NCBI GenBank assembly: GCA_964645405.1
Contig: CAZYCA010000034.1
Location: 70,131 to 134,130 of the forward strand
Reading direction: 5' to 3'
Source: an uncultured bacterium
Lineage (GTDB): Bacteria > Ratteibacteria > UBA8468 > B48-G9 > DSTR01
Length of the DNA stretch: 64,000 nucleotides
Shown here: positions 39,168 through 49,065 of the stretch, in pieces
Position numbering within the stretch: position 1 is the stretch's first letter
Layout: every line of letters starts with the position of its first letter
Made by a program: the position numbers and the translations under genes
The notes under the pieces: model-generated
What the model saw: only the letters and a program-made list of their open reading frames with translations
Database searches by the model: none
What the model was told of the DNA's origin: nothing

Positions 39168-40658
39168 ATGAACCCTGGGAAAATATTGACGGAACTGGCT
39201 GGCTCTCGCAGCTCGGACAGAGCCTTTCTTTTTCGGGAAATCTCCCTTGACTTTGAAAATCTATCCAGAATTGTGGACAGTTACTGCTATTTCTTTCAGG
39301 AAATCGGGGTGGAAAAGGCAACGAAGGTGGGAATTTACCTGCCCAATATCCCGGAGTATGTTTTTACCTATCTGGCTTTATTCAAAATAGGCGCAGTGGC
39401 TGTTCCCCTGGACAACCGCCTTAAACTGGAAGAGGTGATTATTCTTTTAAGTCACAGTGGCTGCGATTACCTCCTTACCCAGCCAGCCAGGGATTTAAAC
39501 CGCAAGGAATTGATGGCGCTGGTACCAGGACTGAGAGATGTTATCTTCACGCGCAGTGCTGATGATACAGCCCTTTCCCTGGAGAAAAACCTCAAACCCA
39601 CCAGGAAATCTTTCCCTGTTACTGAAATCTCAGACAGTGAGCTGGCAGCCATATTCTACACTTCAGGGACCACCGGAATTCCCAAGGGCGTGATGTGGAC
39701 TTACCGGCATCTGGAAAGCCCCTGTGCCACCATGAATTACTACCACTACTTTATCCCGGGAGATATTGGGATGTGTGCGGTACCTTTATCCCATAATGGT
39801 GGTATTTGTGCTCCTTTGCTTATCCTTCAGGGTATTCCTATGCTTTTAATTGAAAGACTCTCACCACTGGATTTACTTCAGGGACTGGTCCAGCACCGGA
39901 TTACTTTTACTTTTCTGGTACCAACCCATTTTGCTGGTCTGGTAAACCTGAAAGAATTTGAGACTGCAGATTTCTCTGCTCTGCGCTGGGTTTCCCTTTT
40001 TGGAGCCCCTGGGGGGTACGAGTTGCTATCTCGTTTTCGTAAACACTGTCCGAGAACATTGCTGGTCGGTGGGTATGGGCTCACAGAATCTGCTGCCCCC
40101 AATGTTCTGATGCCACTGGAGAAAATTAAACCAGGTTCAGTCGGTAAACCTGTTCCCTGGATCGAGGTGAAAATTATTGATGAGCAGGGTAACGAACTTC
40201 CGGTTGGCGAGGTGGGGGAAATTATTATGAAAGGCTGGCCTGTCACTCCTGGTTACTACCGGCAGCCAGACTTGACAGCTGAAACAATCAAGGATGGCTG
40301 GTTATATACCGGGGACTACGGCAGGTTTGATGAAGAGGGTTATCTTTACATTGTCGGCAGGAAAAAAGATGTCATTATCGTTGGCGGTTTGAATGTTTTT
40401 GCTCCGGAAGTGGAAGGTGTGTTGCGGCAACATCCTAAAGTTAAGGATGTGGCTGTAGTCGGTGTCCCTGACCCTGTAAGAGGGGAAGCGGTAAAGGCTG
40501 TTTTTGTGACAGTGGACGGAAAACCGATGACAGAGTATGAAGTCACCAGTTTCTGCCGCCAGCATCTCGCCCGTTACAAGATTCCCACCATTATTGAAAC
40601 CCGTTCGGAATTGCCGAAAACCGGCAGTGGCAAGGTGAAAAAGGAACTCCTTAAATGA
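39168..40658 (+). CDS. AMP-dependent synthetase/ligase (FadD-like acyl-CoA/acyl-AMP ligase)
   Basis: The AMP-binding motif is IFYTSGTTGIPKGVMWTYRHL, and YTGDYGRFDEEGYLYIVGRKKD and the PKTGSGKV C-terminal motif are present. The start at 39168 has a GGAG RBS 7 nt upstream; the track ORF begins at 39129. The stop overlaps the MMPL start (ATGA). Confidence 0.8.
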   Translation: MNPGKILTELAGSRSSDRAFLFREISLDFENLSRIVDSYCYFFQEIGVEKATKVGIYLPNIPEYVFTYLALFKIGAVAVPLDNRLKLEEVIILLSHSGCDYLLTQPARDLNRKELMALVPGLRDVIFTRSADDTALSLEKNLKPTRKSFPVTEISDSELAAIFYTSGTTGIPKGVMWTYRHLESPCATMNYYHYFIPGDIGMCAVPLSHNGGICAPLLILQGIPMLLIERLSPLDLLQGLVQHRITFTFLVPTHFAGLVNLKEFETADFSALRWVSLFGAPGGYELLSRFRKHCPRTLLVGGYGLTESAAPNVLMPLEKIKPGSVGKPVPWIEVKIIDEQGNELPVGEVGEIIMKGWPVTPGYYRQPDLTAETIKDGWLYTGDYGRFDEEGYLYIVGRKKDVIIVGGLNVFAPEVEGVLRQHPKVKDVAVVGVPDPVRGEAVKAVFVTVDGKPMTEYEVTSFCRQHLARYKIPTIIETRSELPKTGSGKVKKELLK

Positions 40659-42955
40659 AACAACAACTGGCCCGTTTTGTCATCCGGCACCGAATCTTTT
40701 TCTTATCTTTGCCTCTGCTCATAAGTCTGGTAGCCCTTTTACCTCTACGCCGTTTACAGATTGCTACCAGCCTGGGTGATTTCGTTCCTCTTCGTCATCC
40801 TGTCATGGAAGTGCAGAAAAAATTAGAGGCGGTTTTTGGTGGCTTGAACCAGGTTTCTATTGTCATCGCGGCTAAGGAAGGAACAATTTTTCAGCCAGCA
40901 ATCCTGAAAAAAGTCTACCAGCTGACCGAAGACTTATACTTTACAGAAGGGGTGAATATCTCCCGCATCAATGGCCTGGCTGCGCATAAAATGCGCCGTA
41001 TCCAGGCTGACGAGACAGGGTTTAAGATTGAACGGTTGATGCCACAAGTACCAGAAACACCCGCAGAAGTAATCAGACTACAGGAGACTGTCAAGAGAAA
41101 TCCCATGGTTTACGGCGTTTTTGTTTCTAAGGACCTGACCTCTACCCTTATCCAGGCAGACTTTTTCTCAGGTATTGCGTCCGGAAAAATCTTTGAGAAA
41201 GTGAGAAGCCTGGCAGCATCCATTTCCGGCCCGGAAATAGAAGTTTACTACTCCGGCCGACCTATTCTGGAGGGCTGGCTGGACTTTTATCTTCCGAAAA
41301 TGGGCCACCTTTTTATTCTTTCACTGGTTATTTTAGCAGGCTTACTTTATCTTTCTTTCCATTCCAAAAGAGGAGTAATTATCCCTCTTCTCAGTGGTCT
41401 GATGGCCAGCCTCTGGGGATTGAGCTGCCTGGCTATAGCTGGATATAGCCTTTCACCATCCACCATCCTGGTACCTTTTCTGGTACTGGCTCTCGGCGTC
41501 AGTCATAGTGTGCAGTTTTTGAAAAGATACTACGAGGAGGCAAAAAAGTCTTCTCACCGGTACCAGACTGGAGAAAAAGTTCTCTCTTCCCTATGGATTC
41601 CGGGTTCTATTTCCTTGCTGACCGATGGTGCGGGTTTTCTGACTCTTTTATTTATCCCGTTTCGTTTACTGCAGACAATGGCTCTGGCTGCCACTGTAGG
41701 AGTTTTTAGTCTTTTTCTGACCACTATTTTCTTTATCCCGGCACTTCTTTCGTTCCTTCCTCTTCCACCCGTAAAAGAAATAGAAAAAGAACAACGACCA
41801 GGTTTTCTGGACAGCCTGATGGTACACATCAGTAGCTGGATAACAGAAAGAAAAAAAGTAATCTTCCTTATTTTCTCTGTCTCTGCTTTGTTCGGAGTCC
41901 GGGGATTGTTAAGGTTACATGTAGGTGACGAACAGCCAGGTTCACCAGCTCTTTACCCTGATACACACTACAACATCAGTGAGGCTTTTATTAACAGAAA
42001 CTTTGGAGGGACAGACCCCTATTACATCATGGTAGAGGGTAACATACCTGAAGCTCTTTTAAGCACAGAAGTTCTCAGGGAAATGGAATCACTCCAGTCT
42101 TATCTCCTGCAGCAGGTTCCAGAAGCTGGAAGGGGTAGTTCCCTGGTTGATTATGTGAAAGGATTTAATATGGTCTTCAACGAAGGAAAGTTTGAGCACT
42201 ACCGGATTCCGGAAAAAGATGCCACTATCGGTGAGTACCTTTTTCTTTATTCTATTTCTGGGTTTCCCGGGGACTTTGACCATGTCTGCAGTCCTGATTT
42301 CCGGCATGCCAGCATCAAGATTGATTTGAAAGACCATCGGAGTTCCACCATCAAGAAGTTGTTACTGGCAACAAAAAACTGGATAGCAACAAACCACAGG
42401 ACAAAAACTGTTAATTTCCTTTTTCCTGGTGGTATCATCGGCCAGCTGGCTGCTGTTAATGACGTCATAAGAAAGAGTATCCCACAGAGCCTGATGCTTG
42501 TCACACCGGTAATCCTGGTCACCTCTTCTCTCTTTCTTGGCAGTTTCCAGCAAGGTCTTCTTCTGCTTCTGCCACTTCTGTACAGCATCCTGGTAACTTT
42601 TGGTGTGATGGGTTTTATGGGAGCAGGACTGACCGTGGAAACTCTACCTTTAGCCTCTCTGGGTATCGGACTGGGTGTAGACTACGGCATCTACATCCTT
42701 GGTCGGATGAAGGATGAGGGCAGGAACAAGGAGGCTATTCGCCGCAGTCTTCTGAGTTCTGGAAAAGCCGTATTCTTCACGGCTGCTTCCGTTTCTGCAG
42801 GGGTTCTGGTCTGGATTTTTTCTCCGGTAAAGATGGAAGCAAAGTTAGGGATAACTTTGGCCTGTCTTCTTATTTTAAACATGGTGGCAGCACTTTTTTT
42901 GCTACCGGCTCTGTTTTCATCTGAAGTAAGCAAGGAAGAAAAATATAACTCATAA
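40655..42955 (+). CDS. MMPL/RND-superfamily exporter (HpnN/MmpL-like, 12 TM with two periplasmic domains)
   Basis: The 766 aa protein has two blocks of 6 TM helices, each preceded by a roughly 180 aa soluble domain. The N-terminus MKQQLARFVIRHRIFFLSLPLLISLVALLP is typical of the family. Confidence 0.8.
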   Translation: MKQQLARFVIRHRIFFLSLPLLISLVALLPLRRLQIATSLGDFVPLRHPVMEVQKKLEAVFGGLNQVSIVIAAKEGTIFQPAILKKVYQLTEDLYFTEGVNISRINGLAAHKMRRIQADETGFKIERLMPQVPETPAEVIRLQETVKRNPMVYGVFVSKDLTSTLIQADFFSGIASGKIFEKVRSLAASISGPEIEVYYSGRPILEGWLDFYLPKMGHLFILSLVILAGLLYLSFHSKRGVIIPLLSGLMASLWGLSCLAIAGYSLSPSTILVPFLVLALGVSHSVQFLKRYYEEAKKSSHRYQTGEKVLSSLWIPGSISLLTDGAGFLTLLFIPFRLLQTMALAATVGVFSLFLTTIFFIPALLSFLPLPPVKEIEKEQRPGFLDSLMVHISSWITERKKVIFLIFSVSALFGVRGLLRLHVGDEQPGSPALYPDTHYNISEAFINRNFGGTDPYYIMVEGNIPEALLSTEVLREMESLQSYLLQQVPEAGRGSSLVDYVKGFNMVFNEGKFEHYRIPEKDATIGEYLFLYSISGFPGDFDHVCSPDFRHASIKIDLKDHRSSTIKKLLLATKNWIATNHRTKTVNFLFPGGIIGQLAAVNDVIRKSIPQSLMLVTPVILVTSSLFLGSFQQGLLLLLPLLYSILVTFGVMGFMGAGLTVETLPLASLGIGLGVDYGIYILGRMKDEGRNKEAIRRSLLSSGKAVFFTAASVSAGVLVWIFSPVKMEAKLGITLACLLILNMVAALFLLPALFSSEVSKEEKYNS

Positions 42956-42967
42956 AAAGGAGGGAAA

Positions 42968-43828
42968 ATGGCAGGAAGAAAATGGATAATGCTGGCTGTT
43001 TTAGTTGCCGGGGTGAAATTACTCCTGGCTGGAGAAGTGCCGAAACCAAAGGAAGGGATGACTGCAGAACAGTTGATTGATATCTGGTACCAAATTCAGT
43101 ACACCAGGTTTGCCCAGGATTACACCAGTAACAACAAGGTCATCCTCATTGACCGGGGAAAAATGAGAAGGGAAAGAAACGGCTACCGTGCCAGAATAAT
43201 ACTGCAACGTCACGGTATTGATTACAAAGATTATGTTGCCTTTGTCTCACCAGCAGCAGTCAAGGGTGTTTCCATCCTCACCTGGACCTATCTTGACCCG
43301 GAAAAAGAAAGGGAACAATGGCTTTATCTTCCCTCTTTGAAAAAAGCACGCCGGACTTCCCCGGCTAACGATGATGACTCTTTCATGGGTAGTGTCTTTA
43401 CCGTGGAAGAGATTACTTCCTGGAGACCTTCCTACGAAACATATAAGTTAATCGGAGAAAAGAAGTTTCCCGGTTACAAGTCAGAGTATGACCAGAAGAC
43501 ATATTATGCAGACCAGGACTGTTATGTGATTGAAGCCTATCCCAGAAGAAAGACAACCACCCGCTCCAGGAGAACATTCTGGCTGAGAAAAAGTGATGGT
43601 TGCTGTCTCTTCCAGGAAGTCTACGACAAAAACGGCAAAATCTACAAGACGCTTTTCCGCTCCTACCAGCTGGCGGGACCAAAAAATTATCCTGCTCAGA
43701 TTATCATTGAAGGCAAAGACTTACGCACCAATGACATTTCTATTGTGGTCAATGAAGAAATTAAGTTTGACCAGGGCTTAAAGGAAAGTGATTTTACGGT
43801 AGAAAATCTCCAGAAAATGAAATGGTAA
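42968..43828 (+). CDS. Outer membrane lipoprotein-sorting protein family member (LolA-like periplasmic carrier)
   Basis: A signal peptide is present. The block QWLYLPSLKKARRTSPANDDDSFMGSVFTVEEI matches the conserved core of the LolA-like outer-membrane lipoprotein-sorting family that accompanies MMPL exporters. The length is 286 aa. Confidence 0.6.
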   Translation: MAGRKWIMLAVLVAGVKLLLAGEVPKPKEGMTAEQLIDIWYQIQYTRFAQDYTSNNKVILIDRGKMRRERNGYRARIILQRHGIDYKDYVAFVSPAAVKGVSILTWTYLDPEKEREQWLYLPSLKKARRTSPANDDDSFMGSVFTVEEITSWRPSYETYKLIGEKKFPGYKSEYDQKTYYADQDCYVIEAYPRRKTTTRSRRTFWLRKSDGCCLFQEVYDKNGKIYKTLFRSYQLAGPKNYPAQIIIEGKDLRTNDISIVVNEEIKFDQGLKESDFTVENLQKMKW

Positions 43829-43840
43829 AAAGGAGAAAAA

Positions 43841-45205
43841 ATGAGAAGAGCAATTTTAGTACTGGCGATGCTGTGTCTGAGTTTTTCTGCTGGTGCCTGG
43901 GAAAAGAATCAGCTGTCTGTCAATACTTATCTCAACACCGAGTTCGGGTTCCATCTCAACGAACCCGACCATCTGATGAAAAAATATACCAGTCTCCAGA
44001 TTAAAGGCACCTTTGACTTCACGGAGGATATTTCACTTTTCTTCAACCTGAAAAAATTTTATGATTGCGTCTATGATGTTGCCGGCGAGTATAAACATGG
44101 TTCTCATCGTACTGCCACCAATACCGGAAATCTCTGGCTCCGAGAGATTTTCCTTGATTACAAGAAAGCACCGATTTTTGTCAGGGCTGGAAGACAACAG
44201 GTTGTTTGGGGAACAGCCGATGGGGTAAGAATTCTGGATTGTATCAATCCAGCTGACAACCGTTATGCTTGCCTGGATGATGCCAGTGAATACCGGATAC
44301 CTCTGTGGATGTTAAGACTGGAATTCAGCCCGATTACTGATGGCAATCTCCAGTTTCTTCTTATCCCTGACCACCAGGCTAATTTCAATGCTGGTTATGG
44401 AGATGTTTTTGTTTACCGGGTAGCCAATAGACCCCCGCCGGTCCTACCACCGTGGGTTACTTACCAGGTTGTAGATAATCTACCTGAAGATGGTTTCCAT
44501 GACCCTGATTTTGCCTTCCGCTGGCAGCATGTGATTAACGGCTGGGAATATACACTTAACTACAAGTACGGCCGGGAATTCTATCCCAGCGTAACTGTAA
44601 GACAGATTCCCTTTCCTCCACCACCACCACCTAATCCCTGGACACTTTTACGGAGTAATAACTACCAGCGGGTTCAGATAATTGGTGCTTCCTTCACGAA
44701 AGCCATCAATACAGGTAGACTTTCCGGGTTGACCATCAGGGGAGAATGTGCTTACACCCTGGATAAACCATATCCAGTAGGTGGTGATAATAACGCCACA
44801 GGAAACACCACACAGAATAATTTCTCCTATGTGCTTGGTCTGGATAAGTATCTTTTCACAGACTTACAAGTCAGTATCCAGTTCATCCAGTCCATCAATC
44901 AGGAAGATACAGCTGGAGCCAACCATCTTCTTCACCCGGCTACCCTGGCTCCTATTAACAAGGTAGAGACGATGGCTACGATTAAGCTTGCCAAGGATTT
45001 CTTCCATGAAAGACTCAAACCGGAAGTTCTGGCTGTTTTCGGTGGCAATGGAGACTGGCGGGTCAGTCCCAGGATAAGTTATGAGGTCAATGATAACCTT
45101 ACCATCTACGGAGGAATTCACTACTTCGCGGGAAGAGCAAATACCCTTTTTGGTGAATTTGAGAAATCAAGCATGATTTATACCGGAGCCACCCTGGCTT
45201 TCTGA
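43841..45205 (+). CDS. Putative outer-membrane beta-barrel (DUF1302/alginate-export-like), secreted
   Basis: The signal peptide is MRRAILVLAMLCLSFSAGA. The beta-rich body has alternating aromatics, and the C-terminus ends ...GATLAF, an OMP-like terminal Phe. It also contains a polyproline stretch, FPPPPPPNPW. Confidence 0.45.
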   Translation: MRRAILVLAMLCLSFSAGAWEKNQLSVNTYLNTEFGFHLNEPDHLMKKYTSLQIKGTFDFTEDISLFFNLKKFYDCVYDVAGEYKHGSHRTATNTGNLWLREIFLDYKKAPIFVRAGRQQVVWGTADGVRILDCINPADNRYACLDDASEYRIPLWMLRLEFSPITDGNLQFLLIPDHQANFNAGYGDVFVYRVANRPPPVLPPWVTYQVVDNLPEDGFHDPDFAFRWQHVINGWEYTLNYKYGREFYPSVTVRQIPFPPPPPPNPWTLLRSNNYQRVQIIGASFTKAINTGRLSGLTIRGECAYTLDKPYPVGGDNNATGNTTQNNFSYVLGLDKYLFTDLQVSIQFIQSINQEDTAGANHLLHPATLAPINKVETMATIKLAKDFFHERLKPEVLAVFGGNGDWRVSPRISYEVNDNLTIYGGIHYFAGRANTLFGEFEKSSMIYTGATLAF

Positions 45206-45247
45206 AAATACCTGAAAGTTGTATAATCAGGGAAAAGGAAGGTTTCT

Positions 45248-47344
45248 ATGGCGGGTTTCCGGTTGCGGATTCAAGATGGGAAGAATGGTATTTTCAGAAT
45301 CACCCTGTTGCAGAAATCAGGTAGTGTTTCTGGACTGGAAAGGTACGGGTTTATTGAAAAGAACTGGCACCGGTTAGAGTTTAACCCTGGCGAAGAAAGG
45401 AGTCTTCTAAAACTTAAAGCAAATAAATTCCAGCTAAAGACTTTACAGGGGAAAACCATAGTCAGTGGTGAAGTTTCCTCCCTGACAAAAGGGTATGTGC
45501 TTTCTCTTCTCGTGCAAAGCAAGGAAAAATTCTATGGACTGGGGGACTTAGTCCGGGAGAAACTGGAACGTTCCGGTATTAAGGTGAGGATGTCCATTGA
45601 AAACGTCACCCAGTATATTCCCATTCCTTTCCTGATGAGTAGCCGCGGTTATGGCCTTTTCCTCAACACCACCTTTGTGCATACCTGGGATATCGGTCAG
45701 AACCAGCCAGGAAAGTTAAAAATTTTTATCCCTGAGGGACCGGTTGATTTCTTCCTTTTTACCGGTAAGGACTACAAGAGTATCCTTGCCCGGTACACAG
45801 CAGTGACTGGCAGACCCTGTCTTGCTCCGAAGTGGTCCTTTGGCCTGTGGTTTATCTGCCGGACACAGGCCAATGATTTTGAGGTGCTGTCTGATGCAGT
45901 AAAATTCAGGGAAAGGAAAATTCCCTGTGATGTTATCGGTCTGGAACCCGGCTGGATGGAAACATACTATGACTACTCTACAGAGAAACGCTGGCATCCG
46001 GAAAGGTTTCCTTTTCCTTCCTACGCTGCCTGTGGTCCTCATACCTTTTTGGCTGCTTTGAAACGGCTGGGTTATAAGGTAGAACTATGGCTTTGCAACG
46101 ATTATGACCTTTCTTATGAAGCCGAAAGAAACCTGACTGCGAGGAAAGAGAAAGAAAATTCTTCACCTGACGATACAGAGAAAGACCAGCATTTCACCCA
46201 CCCTGTTTACCTGGACAAAATCACCAGACCGGAACAGCCCTGGTTTGAACATCTGAAGAAATTTATTGACCAGGGGGTTGATTTCTTCAAACAGGATGGG
46301 GCTTTACAGGTATGCGAACACCCGGACCGCCTCTGGGCTAACGGGATGAAAGATAACCAGATGCACAACCTTTACCCTTTACTTTATAGCCAGCAGATGT
46401 ATGAAGGTTTTAAGAATTATACTGGAAAAAGACCATGTTGTTTTACACCGGCTGGCTGGGCAGGATTACAGAGATATACTGGCACCTGGACAGGGGATAC
46501 CGGGGGAGGAGCAAAAACACTTGGTGGTTGTCTGAATCTGGCAATGTCCGGTCATGGATTGCTAACCTGTGATATGGAGGTAACCACAAAAGAGGGCATT
46601 CATTACGGCTTTCTTCTTCCCTGGGCACAGGTTAATTCCTGGAACTATTTCCGGCATCCCTGGCTTTTAGGAGACCAGTTATACCAGATTTTCTTTGATT
46701 ATGCCTGCCTGCGCAGCCAGCTGGTACCCTACCTTTATACCTGCTGCTTTCAGGCGCATAAAACAGGCATCCCCATCATACGACCTTTACCTTTAGAATT
46801 TCCTGAAATACCGGAACTATCTAACTGTCTTAACGCTTTTTTCCTCGGAGAACAACTTCTTGTTTCTGCCTTTTCACCGGAAATTTTCCTGCCACCTGGC
46901 CGCTGGCTTGATTTCTGGACTGGCCATGTTTATGATGGCAACCAGAAGATAACTTACATACCACCACCCAACCGCGGAGGAGGCCTTTTCCTCAGGGAAA
47001 ATTCTATCCTGCCTTTAGGACCAATCTGTCAGTATGTAGACGAAAAAAAAGAACCTTTCACCTGCCAGGTTTTCCTTAATTCTGATGGCCAGGCTGATTT
47101 TGACCTTTATACTGATGACGGCATCAGCTACCAGTACGAAAAAGGCAATTACAGATTTCTGAAATTCCAGGCCCGATTAACTGGCAAGGAGTGCCGGATA
47201 ACCTATCCGGAGAAAGAAATAAAACTCACCCGGATAATCCTGAACCTTCCAGACAAACCGCAGCTGGTACTGGTGAACGGTAATTCTTTTGCTTTCCAGT
47301 GGGAGGAAAAACTTTTCACAGCATGTCTTTCACTGAACGTTTAG
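45248..47344 (+). CDS. Glycoside hydrolase family 31-like (alpha-glucosidase/alpha-xylosidase clan), divergent
   Basis: RERKIPCDVIGLEPGWME...FPFP matches the GH31 KIPxDVIWxDIDYM...FP region. LQRYTGTWTGDTGGGAKTLGGCLNLAMSGHGLLTCDMEV matches the GH31 RYxxHWxGDNxSxWxxLxxSIxxxLxFxLxGxPFxGxDIGGF acid/base region. Confidence 0.6.
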   Translation: MAGFRLRIQDGKNGIFRITLLQKSGSVSGLERYGFIEKNWHRLEFNPGEERSLLKLKANKFQLKTLQGKTIVSGEVSSLTKGYVLSLLVQSKEKFYGLGDLVREKLERSGIKVRMSIENVTQYIPIPFLMSSRGYGLFLNTTFVHTWDIGQNQPGKLKIFIPEGPVDFFLFTGKDYKSILARYTAVTGRPCLAPKWSFGLWFICRTQANDFEVLSDAVKFRERKIPCDVIGLEPGWMETYYDYSTEKRWHPERFPFPSYAACGPHTFLAALKRLGYKVELWLCNDYDLSYEAERNLTARKEKENSSPDDTEKDQHFTHPVYLDKITRPEQPWFEHLKKFIDQGVDFFKQDGALQVCEHPDRLWANGMKDNQMHNLYPLLYSQQMYEGFKNYTGKRPCCFTPAGWAGLQRYTGTWTGDTGGGAKTLGGCLNLAMSGHGLLTCDMEVTTKEGIHYGFLLPWAQVNSWNYFRHPWLLGDQLYQIFFDYACLRSQLVPYLYTCCFQAHKTGIPIIRPLPLEFPEIPELSNCLNAFFLGEQLLVSAFSPEIFLPPGRWLDFWTGHVYDGNQKITYIPPPNRGGGLFLRENSILPLGPICQYVDEKKEPFTCQVFLNSDGQADFDLYTDDGISYQYEKGNYRFLKFQARLTGKECRITYPEKEIKLTRIILNLPDKPQLVLVNGNSFAFQWEEKLFTACLSLNV

Positions 47345-48368
47345 CAGCCTGCCATCTTTCTGTAAAACAAATGGTTTTATTCATAATCTTCACAGCCTGA
47401 ACCGGATAACGACCTACTGCTGTCTCTGCAGAAAGCATTACATAGTTGGTTCCGTCCAGAACAGCGTTGGCAATATCTGCTACCTCTGCCCTTGTCGCTA
47501 CTGGATGTTCCACCATATGTTCCAGCATCTGAGTAGCAGTAATCACCGGTTTTTTCATTTCCCTGCAGAGAGCAATTATTTCCTTCTGCCGGACAGGAAC
47601 CTGTTCCAGGGGTAAACTTACGCCCATATCTCCACGGGCAATCATAATTCCATCAGAAACAGAGATGATTTCTCTTATATTGGCAATCCCCTCCCTGTTT
47701 TCTATCTTGGCGATAACAGGTAGTTTTCCTTTGCCTGCCTTTTTCACTGTTTCCACATCCTCCTTACAGCGGACAAATGACTGCGCCAGGTAGTCAAAAT
47801 TATTCTTCAGAGCAAATTGAATATCAGTTGCATCCTTCTGGCTCAGGCCGGGAAAAGACAGGTGGACATCTGGAATGTTAATTCCTTTTCTTTCCTTCAA
47901 CCTGCCACCTTCTATCACCCGCACCTTTAGCCCTTTTTCATCCAGACCTAAAACTTTCAGGATGATAGTTCCATCATCAAGATAAACAAATCTTGCCCGC
48001 TCCAGAGGAGAAAGAGAACCTTGATAATCAAAAGAAAGGCAGTTTAAGTCATCAGATTCACCCTGGACCAACCAGTAAACCTGCCGGGGTAAAAGAATCC
48101 TTTCTCCGAAAGGAGGAAGTCTTCCTATCCTCAGCCGCGGCCCTTCCAAATCCCCGAGAATCTTCACTGCCCTTCTGTATTTGCGGTTGAGATTTCTCAC
48201 CAGTCTTACCCGGTAGAGATGTTCTTTGTGGCTGCCGTGAGAAAAATTTATTCTTACCATATCCATCCCGGCCAGCATCATCTTCCTGATAATTTCTTCG
48301 CGGGAACTGGCTGGACCCAGAGTACAGATAATTTTTGTCCGGGGAATATATCTGCTCAAAAGATTCAT
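47316..48368 (-). CDS. pyk: Pyruvate kinase-like protein, short form lacking the C-terminal regulatory domain
   Basis: The PK barrel motifs are TKIICTLGPAS, MDMVRINFSHG and MIARGDMGV. The length is 350 aa against about 470 for canonical PK. Confidence 0.65.
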   Translation of the reverse strand: MNLLSRYIPRTKIICTLGPASSREEIIRKMMLAGMDMVRINFSHGSHKEHLYRVRLVRNLNRKYRRAVKILGDLEGPRLRIGRLPPFGERILLPRQVYWLVQGESDDLNCLSFDYQGSLSPLERARFVYLDDGTIILKVLGLDEKGLKVRVIEGGRLKERKGINIPDVHLSFPGLSQKDATDIQFALKNNFDYLAQSFVRCKEDVETVKKAGKGKLPVIAKIENREGIANIREIISVSDGIMIARGDMGVSLPLEQVPVRQKEIIALCREMKKPVITATQMLEHMVEHPVATRAEVADIANAVLDGTNYVMLSAETAVGRYPVQAVKIMNKTICFTERWQAAKRSVKDML

Positions 48369-49060
48369 CCTTTAATTAAACCGTGCTCGGCAAAACTGTA
48401 GTACAGATTGTCGCCAATAATTAAATGATCCAGAACACGGACATGTAGAACCTTTCCTGCCTGCACCAACGCTTCCGTAAACTGCCGGTCTTCACTGCTT
48501 GGCGTCGGGTCTCCGGAAGGATGATTGTGGACGCAGATAATGGAGACTGCTCTTTTCTCCAGGGAAAGCTGGAAAATTTCCCGGATAAGGGGATGCGCCT
48601 GGTTCACCGTACCCTGTTCTATCTCCACATCTTCCCGCAGGCGATTTCTGGAATCCAGGAGTAAGACCCGGAAAATTTCATACTTCAGGTCCCTCATTCT
48701 TACCCCTAAATACCGGTATATATCCCGGGCGCAGGATATTTTTTCCTTCACCCCGCTTTCTTCACTGGCCAGACGCCTTCCTATCTCCAGACAGGCTCTA
48801 ATCTGACAGATTTTCGCCGGCCCCAGCCCCTTAATCCTTAGCCATTCCTGAAGACTGCTATGACTCATGTTGCGGAAGGAACCAAATTTTTCTTTAATTG
48901 TTCTGGCAAGTTCTACCGCAGTCTGCCCCTTTGTCCCTGTCCTCAGAACAATAGCCAGCAATTCTGTATCTGTGAGGCGGTGTTCACCCTGCCGCCAGAG
49001 TTTTTCTCTTGGCCTTTCTTCTTCTGGCCAGCCGCGCAGCGGCAGTTTTCCTGAAACCAT
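48365..49060 (-). CDS. radC: RadC-family JAB/MPN domain protein (UPF0758)
   Basis: An N-terminal HhH is present. The JAMM motif is HNHPSGDPTPSSEDRQFT. The length is 231 aa. Confidence 0.85.
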   Translation of the reverse strand: MVSGKLPLRGWPEEERPREKLWRQGEHRLTDTELLAIVLRTGTKGQTAVELARTIKEKFGSFRNMSHSSLQEWLRIKGLGPAKICQIRACLEIGRRLASEESGVKEKISCARDIYRYLGVRMRDLKYEIFRVLLLDSRNRLREDVEIEQGTVNQAHPLIREIFQLSLEKRAVSIICVHNHPSGDPTPSSEDRQFTEALVQAGKVLHVRVLDHLIIGDNLYYSFAEHGLIKG

Positions 49061-49065
49061 TTGCT

